DNA from: a virus
Direction: 5' to 3' (one strand)
Length of the DNA: 64,000 bases
Virus record (IMG/VR): IMGVR_UViG_3300038415_000014
Coordinates: 96,001 to 160,000 of that record
Every line of letters starts with the position of its first letter. Within the stretch, counting starts at the first letter, position 1. A program made the translations under genes and the position numbers. Shown here one piece after another: positions 1 to 9,339 of this stretch. The notes below the pieces were generated by a model. The model saw only the letters and a program-made list of their open reading frames with translations. It was not told where the DNA came from and searched no databases.

Positions 1-2
1 AC

Positions 3-293
3 ATCCATAACACCCGCCCAACCGATGGTACCCCAAGCGCCGACTGCAACGGAGTAGGTGATTGCAACGGAGTTCGAAACCGAACCACTGGCAATTGTAC
101 CCCAAGTCAGAGCCTGCCGAGCATAGTCACCCGAGGTTGGGACTACTTCACCTGTGATGATCCCAGATACTGTTGGGTCTGTCGTGAAGAGAGCGAGGTA
201 TACAGTGGCTGGCCAAGAATAGCCGAACTGAGCATTGTTCTTCAGAACCCTATCAAGGACCGAGTTTGCCAATGTGGTGGTCTTTGCAGCCAT
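3..293 (-). CDS. Phage tail/virion structural protein, 3' end truncated by the window edge
   Basis: Translated by hand (not in ORF track): ATG at 293 after a GTAGGAG RBS; MAAKTTTLANSVLDRVLKNN...VYLALFTTDP...GEV...DYARQALTW...SNSVAITY...WGTIGWAGVMD, a pattern I recognise from small phage tail proteins. Confidence 0.65.
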   Translation of the reverse strand, partial: MAAKTTTLANSVLDRVLKNNAQFGYSWPATVYLALFTTDPTVSGIITGEVVPTSGDYARQALTWGTIASGSVSNSVAITYSVAVGAWGTIGWAGVMD

Positions 294-396
294 TTCGGTG
301 TCTCCTACCTATTACCCTAGGACAAGTGATCTCTGACCTGCTACCAACAGAAGCATCAATAGATTGTTGGCGGAAGGCCGTGCTCACCCAAACGGC

Positions 397-657
397 TCAA
401 GAAGCGGTCATGTGGCAGATCGACTTTAATGATTTCACGTTGTTCGCGTAAGGTTGGGCAGATACCTTGGCAGTGTTGTTGAACCAACCCACTTTCAACT
501 CCTCGATATTTGCAATCGAGGTGTCGAAGACGAAGAACATCCGATTCCCAGATTCTCGGTCCGTACGCTTCAGCGGAACTCCAGCAGTCTGCAAATAAGC
601 AGCGAAGTACAAGTCCGCGGTACGAAATTCCTTAGAACCATTCTCTTTAGCTGACAT
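397..657 (-). CDS. Small DUF5659-like protein
   Basis: FRTADLYFAAYL...G...RMFFVF pattern; 86 aa. Confidence 0.5.
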   Translation of the reverse strand: MSAKENGSKEFRTADLYFAAYLQTAGVPLKRTDRESGNRMFFVFDTSIANIEELKVGWFNNTAKVSAQPYANNVKSLKSICHMTAS

Positions 658-710
658 TTATGCCTCATTTGGGATCTGAATTTTATGTGAAATCTGGGTA
701 TACATCTAAG

Positions 711-734
711 CAGGCCCGACTCGCGCCGGGCCTG
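711..734 (-). terminator. GC-rich hairpin downstream of the 753..1871 gene
   Basis: CAGGCCCG (711-718) / CGGGCCTG (727-734) perfect 8-bp inverted repeat; no strong U-tract. Confidence 0.4.
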
Positions 735-752
735 AGGAGGACATGAGGACAA

Positions 753-1871
753 TTACAGAGCGTACTTGTTGGAGATCATGTCGTTAACTTCGACAATGAC
801 CCAAGTCTTGCCAGTGGTCGGGACGGTCGGAATGGTTGCCGTCGCGGCAATGAGCGAAGCCGGGACAACAATCGAGGTGTCCGAGATAGTACCACCAGCA
901 GCCAAGATTTGAGCACTAGTGATACGTCGACCACCAAGACCACTGATGATCACGGTTGAGGTATAGAGACCATACCCTAGCAAGCCACCTGAGGCGCCAT
1001 TGATGGTAAGGCTACCTGAGAGGGACAGGCTGGTGATGACCGGAGTCAAGACCGTGTAGAGACTGGTTGATGTCGAGGAGGCATTCACATCTTGAACGAC
1101 CTGGATGGCTTGCCCTGCTGACGCCGGAGGGTGATTGAGGTCACCTCTTGAGTCAGGACAGAAGCTCGAAGACAGATATCCGTGAATAGAACCAGCCAGG
1201 AAGCTCTTCTTGACCGAGTCAGTCTCCACGAAGTGGTAACCGAGCATGTTCTGAAGGGCAACTACCTGAGCGTTGGAGGCGCCAGCTAGCCCTATGATAG
1301 CCTTGATGGCCGTCGCAGAGATGTCTATTGTGGGGACCGGAGTACCCCCGGCGTAACTGGGAACCGTGGCCGTGATCAGAGTAGCTGCAACCTCCACCGC
1401 CACACTGACTGAAATGGTACCATTGAAGTCAGTTGTTGGGGTGACAGCCAGGGTGGCTGTGGTGGAAGCAGCAAATGTAACTGAAGTGGTTCCGGAGATA
1501 GCACCAGTAGTCCCACCACCAAAGGTAGCCGTCACGGTACCAGCAGTACTGCCAGTGATTGTGATGGTTAGGGTGTAGACCTGAAGAGCTACAGCGGCCA
1601 AGGTGTTGGTTAGAGCTGTAGTATTCCCAGTATTGTGGGTAAAGGAGTTGTAAGTCCCTGTCCACCCAGTAGCGGTCCACCCAGTCGACTTGAGGAGCTG
1701 GTTGAGCCCCTGAGCATCCAAGTACTTCTGAATGTTGGTTCGGTTCGGACGAGAGACATACCTGGTCTGTCCCTTAGGAGACTCAGTTGTCGGATTGTTC
1801 TGCGAAGTCGATTCGACGTCCGAAATGAAAAGAGGGTTCTTGATATCGCTTCGGATAACTACTAGAAACAT
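753..1871 (-). CDS. Thr/Ser-rich virion surface protein with C-terminal Ig-like (IPT/TIG-like) domain
   Basis: C-terminal TPVIT...LTING...ITSAQILAAGGTISDTSIVVPASL repeat shared with 2260..3798; similar N-terminal start. Confidence 0.6.
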   Translation of the reverse strand: MFLVVIRSDIKNPLFISDVESTSQNNPTTESPKGQTRYVSRPNRTNIQKYLDAQGLNQLLKSTGWTATGWTGTYNSFTHNTGNTTALTNTLAAVALQVYTLTITITGSTAGTVTATFGGGTTGAISGTTSVTFAASTTATLAVTPTTDFNGTISVSVAVEVAATLITATVPSYAGGTPVPTIDISATAIKAIIGLAGASNAQVVALQNMLGYHFVETDSVKKSFLAGSIHGYLSSSFCPDSRGDLNHPPASAGQAIQVVQDVNASSTSTSLYTVLTPVITSLSLSGSLTINGASGGLLGYGLYTSTVIISGLGGRRITSAQILAAGGTISDTSIVVPASLIAATATIPTVPTTGKTWVIVEVNDMISNKYAL

Positions 1872-1886
1872 TGAGTCCTCCTGAAC

Positions 1887-2252
1887 TTAGACCGGCTGCA
1901 AATGGCCACGAGCTTGATCAATCTTGAGGTAGCGTAGGATGTTGCCGTAAACGGTATAGAAGTCCGCTACCGCTTGGCCAAAGGCAAGCTGATTAGCCAA
2001 GCGAACATACTTTGCACGTCGAAGGATGAACTCAAGATGACGTACACTCTTCAGGTAAAAGGCGGCCCTCTCAAGAGTCTTGAACTCTTCTTCGGAAGCC
2101 TTCACGAGTGAGTAGCGCTGGTTCATATCCTTGACGAGCTTCTGAGTTTGAATAGGTAAAAACAGATGCTTGGGACGCCAAACGTTGTCAATCCTCTGGA
2201 AATCTCCTGTGGTCTCCTGATCCAGGATCTTGATGAGATTTGGCGTCCCCAC
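1887..2252 (-). CDS. Hypothetical protein (121 aa)
   Basis: ORF tightly packed between structural genes. Confidence 0.55.
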   Translation of the reverse strand: MGTPNLIKILDQETTGDFQRIDNVWRPKHLFLPIQTQKLVKDMNQRYSLVKASEEEFKTLERAAFYLKSVRHLEFILRRAKYVRLANQLAFGQAVADFYTVYGNILRYLKIDQARGHLQPV

Positions 2253-2259
2253 TTAGCAC

Positions 2260-3798
2260 TCATGACGAAGTTAGAGCCACAGCGGGAGTTGACGTGTGTG
2301 TGTTCGCTGTAACTGCTGCTGAATCGACGGTTATGGCGATCCCAGACGGAAGGGCCGCAACTGGAATGACAATCGAGGTTGCAGTGAACGTGGTGAAGCT
2401 GGTAGCCGCTACAGTACCCGCATGAGTCCCAGTGATAGCTACTGTGGTCAGATTCGGCAGAACCGAGAGGAACCCTGTACCGGTCAGGGTCAGGATTCCA
2501 GCAGCAAAGACTGCCTTGCTGACCGTAGGAGTTGCTAGGGTTGCAGTCATCGTGTAGGCTGCAGTCGTCATAGCATCAGCTGTAACCGCCACAGTGCTCG
2601 TCCCGATGGTGAGAACCGGTAGTAACGAAGCCGGGACAACAATCGAAGTAGCACCAACGCTTCCACCAGCTGTTGTGATCTGAGAAGAAGTCAGGGTTAC
2701 AGTAGTCGCCCCAACGACGGTCACCGAGGTCACATCCGGAGCCAAGGAGAGGAAATTGGTACCACCGATGGTTAGGTTGCCTGTACCACCGGCATCGACT
2801 ACGCCGGTCGCGATAGTCGGAGTCGCAGAGGTGATCAGAACAGCTGTAGAGGTCGTAGAATCAGCTGTAACCGATACTGTTGTGGTTCCGACTGCAATAG
2901 TCGGGAGCAAACTCGCCGGGATGACAATCGAGGTGTCGGCAAAACTTCCTCCACCTGCAGCAGCAATAGCAGCAGCCGTGAGAACCGTCGATCCTACTGT
3001 CACCGTTGACAGATCCGGAGCCAGCGAAACGAAGTGAGTACCAGTAAGGGTCAAAACTCCGGTACTGACTACAATCACCGCGGTAGTGATGGTCGGAGCC
3101 GCAGAGGTGATCAGAGCCGTAGCTGACTTGTTGTTTGCATTGACCGTCACAGTTGTCGTTCTGACCGCAATGGTTGGAAGTAAACCAACCGGAATGACAA
3201 TCGAGGTTGCAGTAAAAGTTCCTCCTGCCCCTGTGATGGTAGCCGAGGAGAGCGTTGTGGTACCAATCTTCACCGAGGATACATCCGGGGATACCGAGAG
3301 GAATGTAGTACCAGTGATGGTCAGAGCTTCTGGACTAACCACAATAACTGCTGAGCTAATTACCGGAGCTACTGTAAGGGTAGGGTCTATTGTAGTCACG
3401 GTGATGAGGGGATAGGTTGCATGCCCAGCAATTGTACTAGCTAAAGCTGCAATGACTCCATGATCCTGACTCAATAGAACCCTGTCCGAAAGGTTCACAT
3501 CAATGTACCCAGGAACTGTGGTGCTATGAACCCCACCGGGTAGGATCTCCCATAGTGGGATGTAACACTTTTGCTTCGGATAGTTAACTTCAGGGAGAGT
3601 ACTGGAGTCACGCCCTGCAGTACTACCATCTCTTCGATAACTGGCTGGGGCCAACTTACCGCCCGCGACTAGTACAGGGCTGCCATTGACCCTAGCCCTA
3701 ACCAGCCCACATCTTGCAGATTTGTTGGGGAGTCCATCGTCAATATCACTGACGAGGATAGAACCTGAAATAGTCTGGTTATGGATGAGCCTCAGCAT
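2260..3798 (-). CDS. Virion surface protein with four tandem ~90-aa Ig-like repeats
   Basis: Four repeats of P-[TV]-[IV]...L-T-[IL]-[TG]-G-T-x-F-[LV]-S...TSIV[IV]P; nearly uncharged and Thr/Ala/Ser/Val-rich; AGGAG RBS. Confidence 0.7.
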   Translation of the reverse strand: MLRLIHNQTISGSILVSDIDDGLPNKSARCGLVRARVNGSPVLVAGGKLAPASYRRDGSTAGRDSSTLPEVNYPKQKCYIPLWEILPGGVHSTTVPGYIDVNLSDRVLLSQDHGVIAALASTIAGHATYPLITVTTIDPTLTVAPVISSAVIVVSPEALTITGTTFLSVSPDVSSVKIGTTTLSSATITGAGGTFTATSIVIPVGLLPTIAVRTTTVTVNANNKSATALITSAAPTITTAVIVVSTGVLTLTGTHFVSLAPDLSTVTVGSTVLTAAAIAAAGGGSFADTSIVIPASLLPTIAVGTTTVSVTADSTTSTAVLITSATPTIATGVVDAGGTGNLTIGGTNFLSLAPDVTSVTVVGATTVTLTSSQITTAGGSVGATSIVVPASLLPVLTIGTSTVAVTADAMTTAAYTMTATLATPTVSKAVFAAGILTLTGTGFLSVLPNLTTVAITGTHAGTVAATSFTTFTATSIVIPVAALPSGIAITVDSAAVTANTHTSTPAVALTSS

Positions 3799-4092
3799 CT
3801 AACAGCTCCTAGCTAGTGAGTGGACAGGGTTCAATGGGATAAGCCCTATAAGAAGATCAACCGGGGACCAACTCGCCGGAAGGAGTTCAGTCAAGCTGTC
3901 CTTGGTCATACTGCTGTAGGGCATAAAGAAAAACTCAAGCCAACGCTGGGGTGCAATAAGTGACCAGTTTTCACTAGGTCACGGGTCCTCAGATACTCTA
4001 GTGGCCTGTCGGTGTTTGCAGGTCTACGGGCCTATTTAGAAAGATAGCCATCCTTCTAGCTGATAATAGGTGACTTAGGTGTAGGAGTAGCC

Positions 4093-7000
4093 ATGACTAT
4101 TGCTGGCATCAGAGTCCTCACCATCGGAAAGACATTCAGTCTACCCCACAATGTCGCGCATATCGAAGGTACAACCCACCTACTCGAAACAATCGCCACC
4201 TTTAGACCAGATGTCATAGTCACCCCCGAGTATGTACCAGGAGCGCTCACTCAGGCTTGCCACGAGTTGAGGAAACGGTGGATCCATGTTCCGCCTGACG
4301 TGTCCGCTGAGGAGCTTTGTTCACTAGTCGAGGGATGCTACTCGTTCAACCTTTGGACTGAGAATCAATTCGCAAAAGATCACCCGATGGTCTCTGTATA
4401 TACCCCTACTCATGACTCAGGAGACTACCTGCAGGATACATTCCAGTCGCTGCGAGGTCAGACCTATGCCAACTGGGAATGGGTTGTCGTAGATGACCAC
4501 TCCTCAGACAAGACCTGGGCCAGGCTCCAAGAGTTCGCAGCCCAGGATTACCGAGTTCGACCATTCCAAAGTGGTATGCACCTAGGTAAAATAGGTGCAC
4601 TCAAAGACCTGACTACCAGACTCTGCAGGGGAAAGTACCTTGTTGAACTAGACCACGACGATATGCTTACAGAAACAGCTTTGGATGAGGTAAAGAATGC
4701 CTTCGAAGCTCACCCTGATGTTGGTATGGTTTACACAAATAGTGCTTCGTTCTATGAGAACGGGAACCCTCAACGATTCTCAGGATCACCATGGGATGAT
4801 CCCAATAGGTACCGCGAGGTTGAGTACCACGGGCGAAAGTACTTGGAGTGCAGCAACCCGAATATTTATGATCGATTTGGACCACATTTCACTCAGGTAT
4901 TCGGTTGGTTCCTCACAGTAGGCCCCCACCACATCCGGGCGTTTCGAGCAGACACCTTCCGCCAGCTGGGAGGCTACAACCCAGAGCTACCTATCGCGGA
5001 TGACTGGGACCTGTATGCCAGGTTCTTCCTAGAGTCTAAGTGCTTCCACATAGACAAGCTCCTGTACTTGTATCGGTACCGAGATGGTTTTGGCAATGTT
5101 ACCTTCCAACGCCTCCAGTCCATTCAAGACCACTTGGCCCTAGGTCGAAACCACTACGTTGAAAGATTCAGGAGGAAGAACGAGGAGCTACTGGCTAGCC
5201 AAACCCCTGTCTTCGTGGTCAACGACCCAACACCAAAACCTTGCCCAGATGAGAGCCCATCCGCCAGTATCTCATTCGTTGTTCTAGATGCCACTGGCAA
5301 GGATAACGCGGTTGACTGCCTGAAGAGCCTGAAGCTCTATGCCCCTGATGCAGAGATTATCCTAGTCGAGAATGGTTGTGATTCAAAAGCTCGAAAAGAG
5401 GCTCATACTGCTCTGACAAGCTCTCATAACCTTGGGTTCGGAGCTGGATGCAACTTAGGTGCTAGTGCGGCCACCCGTCCGTACTTGTGCTTCATTAATG
5501 ATGATGCAGCCCTCGTGGACGCGGAGACTATCCCAAAGCTCCTAGTTGCTGCCAAGATGAATGCCATTGCTGGGGCCTACTCGGACCGGGCAAAGCCTCC
5601 TCAAGGAGACTGGTCACCTGAGTCAGCACCAAAGGCGGACCAAGTTCTACCCATGGTAGCCGGGCTCTGCATGGTGATGTCCAAGAGCCTGTTTGACTCT
5701 CTCGGAGGGTTTGACCCACGCTTCTTGACCTGGGAGGATGATGACCTCTGTGTCAGGGCTAGACGCCGAGGGGCGAGCTGTGTAGCTGTCGGAGGAACCT
5801 TCGTTCATCACAAGGGTCACCAGACCTTCGAGGCCATGAAGCTCGACCATGTGGCGGTCGAGGACAAGAACCATAGGCTATTCAACCTAAAGCACCCAAA
5901 GATCAAGATCATTGCCATTGCCAAGAATGAGGAGAACTGCATTGTCGAGTTCTTCAAGCAGTTCGAGTCAATCACACACGATTGGTACATGCTCGACACG
6001 GGCTCGACAGACAGAACAATAGAACTGGCTGATTCTATTGGAGTTAGAGTGGAATCTGCTCCGTTCGTGGACTTTGCCACTACCCGCAACCAAGCTTTGA
6101 ATACCTTTGACCCAAAGGAGTGTTGGACTGACTCAGAAGGTAGCTGGGTTATCATGCTCGACCCTGACGAGCGCTTGGACAAGCAAACCATCGCTGCCAT
6201 CCCTGAACTGATCTTCAACAGGCGTATCGTCTCGCAGAGCGCGTTTGATACTTATCTTGCACCCCTGACCGCTGTATACCCAGACGGAAGTAGAAAAGAA
6301 TTTGTAGCCAAGCCATTCCTTTTCAAGAACAACAGCACCTCCAAATGGGTTTTCAAGGTTCATGAGAAGTGGGTAACTGAGGACCATTGCTCGTGTCATG
6401 GTCAATGCGCGATAGTCACCAACGCACTCATCGAGCATCGGATTGAGTTCCACACAGGCAAGCATCGCGATGGGGCCGAAGACCTGTACTCCAGGTTGAT
6501 GTCCGAGGAGCCCTACTTCCAAGACCCAGAGTACAAGGCCAAGATGCGTGAGGATCATCCCATACTCGACTATGATCACACGGATGACCCTCGGATAGCC
6601 AAGATCCAAGCGGGTCCACTGGTCAGCGTGGTAATCCCAACGTACAAGAGAACAGACTTACTAAGAAAAGCCGTACTCTCTGCCCTAACTCAATCGTACA
6701 AGACGCTGGAAGTCATTATTGTTGGGGATCACTGTCCAGAGTTGGATTCGGCTGCGTTCGACGTGAGTCCCTACTCAGAAGAGCCACGAGTCAGGGTCAT
6801 CAATCTGGCAGAGAACCATGGGGCTGGTGGAGCAGAGCCCAGGAACATAGCCATCAACCTAGCTACCGGGCAGTACATCGCCTATCTGGATGATGACAAC
6901 ACCTGGGCGAAAGACCACGTGAGCAACTTGCTGACTACCATCTTGGCGGAGAAGTCTGTCTGGGGTTGGTCGTCGATGATGGTCAATGGGGTCGACCTGA

Positions 7001-8061
7001 ACTTCGATCGGCTTGAGCGTGGTAAGATTGACACCTCGTGTGTCATTCACCACAAGAGCCTAATCCAGAAGCATGGGGTTTGGAAGCCAAGAACCGAGGC
7101 AAACTATTGGCATGACTACGAGTTGTTCTCACGCTGGAGAAAAGAGCCTCAGACGGTAACTGGATACCCGTCAGTCAGCTATAATGCGAGTGCTTCTGGG
7201 CAAGGAGCCTTCCTGGCTAGCCTGACATCTTCAGACCAAGTCACTGACCTACCATTTGAACCTTCTGCTGCGATACCCCCTGAACCAAACCTACTGACCA
7301 TCGGCATCCTGAGTCTGGAATCCCGTGCTGATATGCTCAGCAAGTTGCTACAGGAGCTTGAGCGCCAACAAGCGACTCTACCCTCCTCTAACTCCGTAAA
7401 GATCGTACTTGAGGTGGACAATGGGGATGCCACTGTTGGGGGCAAGCGTCAGAAGATCATAAACGAGTGCAGTACTGAGTACTTGTGTTTTGTAGATGAT
7501 GATGACCTGGTAGAACCAACCTACCTGCAGTCAGTCCTACGGGCTCTCAAGGGCAAACCTGACTGTGTCACATTCAAGGGCATAGTCACCACTGACAACC
7601 ATAACCCCGAGCAGTTCCGCTTGTCCTTGCACTACCCAGCAGGAGCTTGGTCCAAGGATGCTCAGGGGACTCACATGAGGACCCCGAACCATCTGTGTCC
7701 AATGAAGATTGAGATAATGAGGAAAGTGACCTACCGAGACATTACCTCATATGAGGATGCTCTCTGGGGCATGTGGATCCACCCACTCCTGCATAGTCAA
7801 TGCCATATTGACGAGGTCTTGTACCACTACCGATACAGCCCAACCGGGTCAGAAGCAGCCAAGAGAGCACCGAAGCTCATTCCAGGGAAGCTGTTTGAGC
7901 TAGGGGCAGACGGGCTCTTCTATGACTTGAATGGAAAGTCCTACGCCCCCGAGAAGGCTCTTGAGATACTCAACGACCTGATTGGTGCGACCAGACCCCA
8001 GGATGTGACTGCCTTCACACTACGATACCCTGTTCTGTTCAAAGAACTACCAAAGCCCTAG
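4093..8061 (+). CDS. Multidomain glycosyltransferase with five GT2 (GT-A) domains
   Basis: Domain starts near 4387 (VSVYTP..VVVDDHS..ELDHDD), 5269 (ISFVVL..LVENG..FINDDA..WEDDDL), 5902 (IIAIAKNEE..LDTGSTD..MLDPDE), 6619 (VSVVIPTYKR..YLDDDN), 7291 (LTIGILSL..FVDDDD); GTAGGAG RBS. Confidence 0.88.
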   Translation: MTIAGIRVLTIGKTFSLPHNVAHIEGTTHLLETIATFRPDVIVTPEYVPGALTQACHELRKRWIHVPPDVSAEELCSLVEGCYSFNLWTENQFAKDHPMVSVYTPTHDSGDYLQDTFQSLRGQTYANWEWVVVDDHSSDKTWARLQEFAAQDYRVRPFQSGMHLGKIGALKDLTTRLCRGKYLVELDHDDMLTETALDEVKNAFEAHPDVGMVYTNSASFYENGNPQRFSGSPWDDPNRYREVEYHGRKYLECSNPNIYDRFGPHFTQVFGWFLTVGPHHIRAFRADTFRQLGGYNPELPIADDWDLYARFFLESKCFHIDKLLYLYRYRDGFGNVTFQRLQSIQDHLALGRNHYVERFRRKNEELLASQTPVFVVNDPTPKPCPDESPSASISFVVLDATGKDNAVDCLKSLKLYAPDAEIILVENGCDSKARKEAHTALTSSHNLGFGAGCNLGASAATRPYLCFINDDAALVDAETIPKLLVAAKMNAIAGAYSDRAKPPQGDWSPESAPKADQVLPMVAGLCMVMSKSLFDSLGGFDPRFLTWEDDDLCVRARRRGASCVAVGGTFVHHKGHQTFEAMKLDHVAVEDKNHRLFNLKHPKIKIIAIAKNEENCIVEFFKQFESITHDWYMLDTGSTDRTIELADSIGVRVESAPFVDFATTRNQALNTFDPKECWTDSEGSWVIMLDPDERLDKQTIAAIPELIFNRRIVSQSAFDTYLAPLTAVYPDGSRKEFVAKPFLFKNNSTSKWVFKVHEKWVTEDHCSCHGQCAIVTNALIEHRIEFHTGKHRDGAEDLYSRLMSEEPYFQDPEYKAKMREDHPILDYDHTDDPRIAKIQAGPLVSVVIPTYKRTDLLRKAVLSALTQSYKTLEVIIVGDHCPELDSAAFDVSPYSEEPRVRVINLAENHGAGGAEPRNIAINLATGQYIAYLDDDNTWAKDHVSNLLTTILAEKSVWGWSSMMVNGVDLNFDRLERGKIDTSCVIHHKSLIQKHGVWKPRTEANYWHDYELFSRWRKEPQTVTGYPSVSYNASASGQGAFLASLTSSDQVTDLPFEPSAAIPPEPNLLTIGILSLESRADMLSKLLQELERQQATLPSSNSVKIVLEVDNGDATVGGKRQKIINECSTEYLCFVDDDDLVEPTYLQSVLRALKGKPDCVTFKGIVTTDNHNPEQFRLSLHYPAGAWSKDAQGTHMRTPNHLCPMKIEIMRKVTYRDITSYEDALWGMWIHPLLHSQCHIDEVLYHYRYSPTGSEAAKRAPKLIPGKLFELGADGLFYDLNGKSYAPEKALEILNDLIGATRPQDVTAFTLRYPVLFKELPKP

Positions 8062-8732
8062 AAGTCACACCCAAAAAGTACAGAGTTACCTGGTCCAGCA
8101 CCCCCGTACGGAGCTATGGATGCTATTACCTCAGCGGCAAGTGTGAAGTTTGGACTACTGTTCCAACCAGCATTATTAATGCCAGGGGTTGTAGTAGTAG
8201 TTAGACCGCCTGCACCGGCTATGTTGCTTGATGAGGGGTTGGTTAGCATTGAAGTGTAAATAGGTGTCAATGTAGTACCTGGAGTCACACCTACAAAGTC
8301 AAAGAGCCAAGCATTAGCAGCAATAGTGGTGATAGTCGTAGCTATGCTAGCAGCGGAGGCCGCGGTAACTGATTTAGTAACTCCTGGAGCTGTTTGAGCA
8401 GCTCCAAGTAGCGAGATAGAACCCCCTCCAGTATAAGTTGTGGACCCAGACGAAGTTACGATGATGTTATAGGTTCCAGAGGCTGGAAGTTGTGACTCTA
8501 GTGCATAATAGATTGCTACTAGCAGACCAGTGCTACTTAGTACAGAAACAGCTAAGCTTAGGGTTACACTATTATTGTAAGTTACCTGATTCAAGGTTGG
8601 ACCTGAACCAGCCATAACAGTACCAACCAAAAGGATGCGATTGTTGCCAGACGCGCCAATGGTATGACTAAAAGTCACCTGGTTGCTTGTAACAGCAGAA
8701 CCAGCACTAGAATAATCGTAGCTTAGGGCCAA
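8058..8732 (-). CDS. Ser/Thr/Gly-rich probable virion protein
   Basis: Predicted beta-rich, low-charge 224-aa ORF in the fibre operon; TTG start. Confidence 0.55.
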   Translation of the reverse strand: MALSYDYSSAGSAVTSNQVTFSHTIGASGNNRILLVGTVMAGSGPTLNQVTYNNSVTLSLAVSVLSSTGLLVAIYYALESQLPASGTYNIIVTSSGSTTYTGGGSISLLGAAQTAPGVTKSVTAASAASIATTITTIAANAWLFDFVGVTPGTTLTPIYTSMLTNPSSSNIAGAGGLTTTTTPGINNAGWNSSPNFTLAAEVIASIAPYGGAGPGNSVLFGCDF

Positions 8733-8736
8733 AGAA

Positions 8737-9330
8737 TTAACCTATCTTAGCAATGCACAACCTAGCCCGACGACAGTGTACAGTCACGGCCCCGACATTC
8801 TTGTATTGCAATAGTAGGGTTACCGTGGCCCCATCGACCACAGTAAAAGGTACCACTACACTGAATACATGCGGAACCGCTTGTTCCCAAGAGTCTTCAT
8901 ACAAGGCAGAACCATTGTATGATAGCAAAGCATCACTGAAGGTGCTGGCTACGAGTGTATCCAAGAAATGCTCACAATCCAAAGTTCCAAGATAGGTACC
9001 AGCAGGCAAGGGGCCTGCATTGAGGGTTAGTTTAGTCACATAAGCACTACCAGAGGTAGTGGTGTCCGAGGTATCCGTTGCCTGCACCAACGTGGAGCCG
9101 AATACAGCACCTGTATGAGCGGCCACGACCGCATTCAGGGCGGTGATATCAGAAGCCGACAACTCACCAGTAAACGTGAGAACGACTGCGGATCCAGTTA
9201 GCTGAGGTTGGCCTGCTAATGGAACACTCAAACTTGCCGCTACGATCTGAGCAGCTAGAACTGGTGAGTTCACTACGTGATTGGGAAACTCTGTGAGTTG
9301 GTAGGTTTCGGTAGAAGTCAGTGAAGGCAT
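8737..9330 (-). CDS. Probable virion structural protein
   Basis: 197 aa, GGAG RBS, follows the collagen-like gene. Confidence 0.55.
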   Translation of the reverse strand: MPSLTSTETYQLTEFPNHVVNSPVLAAQIVAASLSVPLAGQPQLTGSAVVLTFTGELSASDITALNAVVAAHTGAVFGSTLVQATDTSDTTTSGSAYVTKLTLNAGPLPAGTYLGTLDCEHFLDTLVASTFSDALLSYNGSALYEDSWEQAVPHVFSVVVPFTVVDGATVTLLLQYKNVGAVTVHCRRARLCIAKIG

Positions 9331-9339
9331 GTGATTCTC

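Noticed and set aside
1366-3415. Plus-strand Val/Thr-rich ORFs opposite the Ig-repeat genes
   Set aside because: Antisense shadows of ACN/GCN-rich coding sequence.
753-3798. Diversity-generating retroelement acting on the Ig repeats
   Set aside because: No reverse transcriptase in the window, and the repeats differ at all bases rather than specifically at adenines.
4035-4067. Sigma70 promoter for the GT gene
   Set aside because: A GATAAT -10-like hexamer exists at 4062-4067, but there is no acceptable -35 at 16-18 nt spacing.
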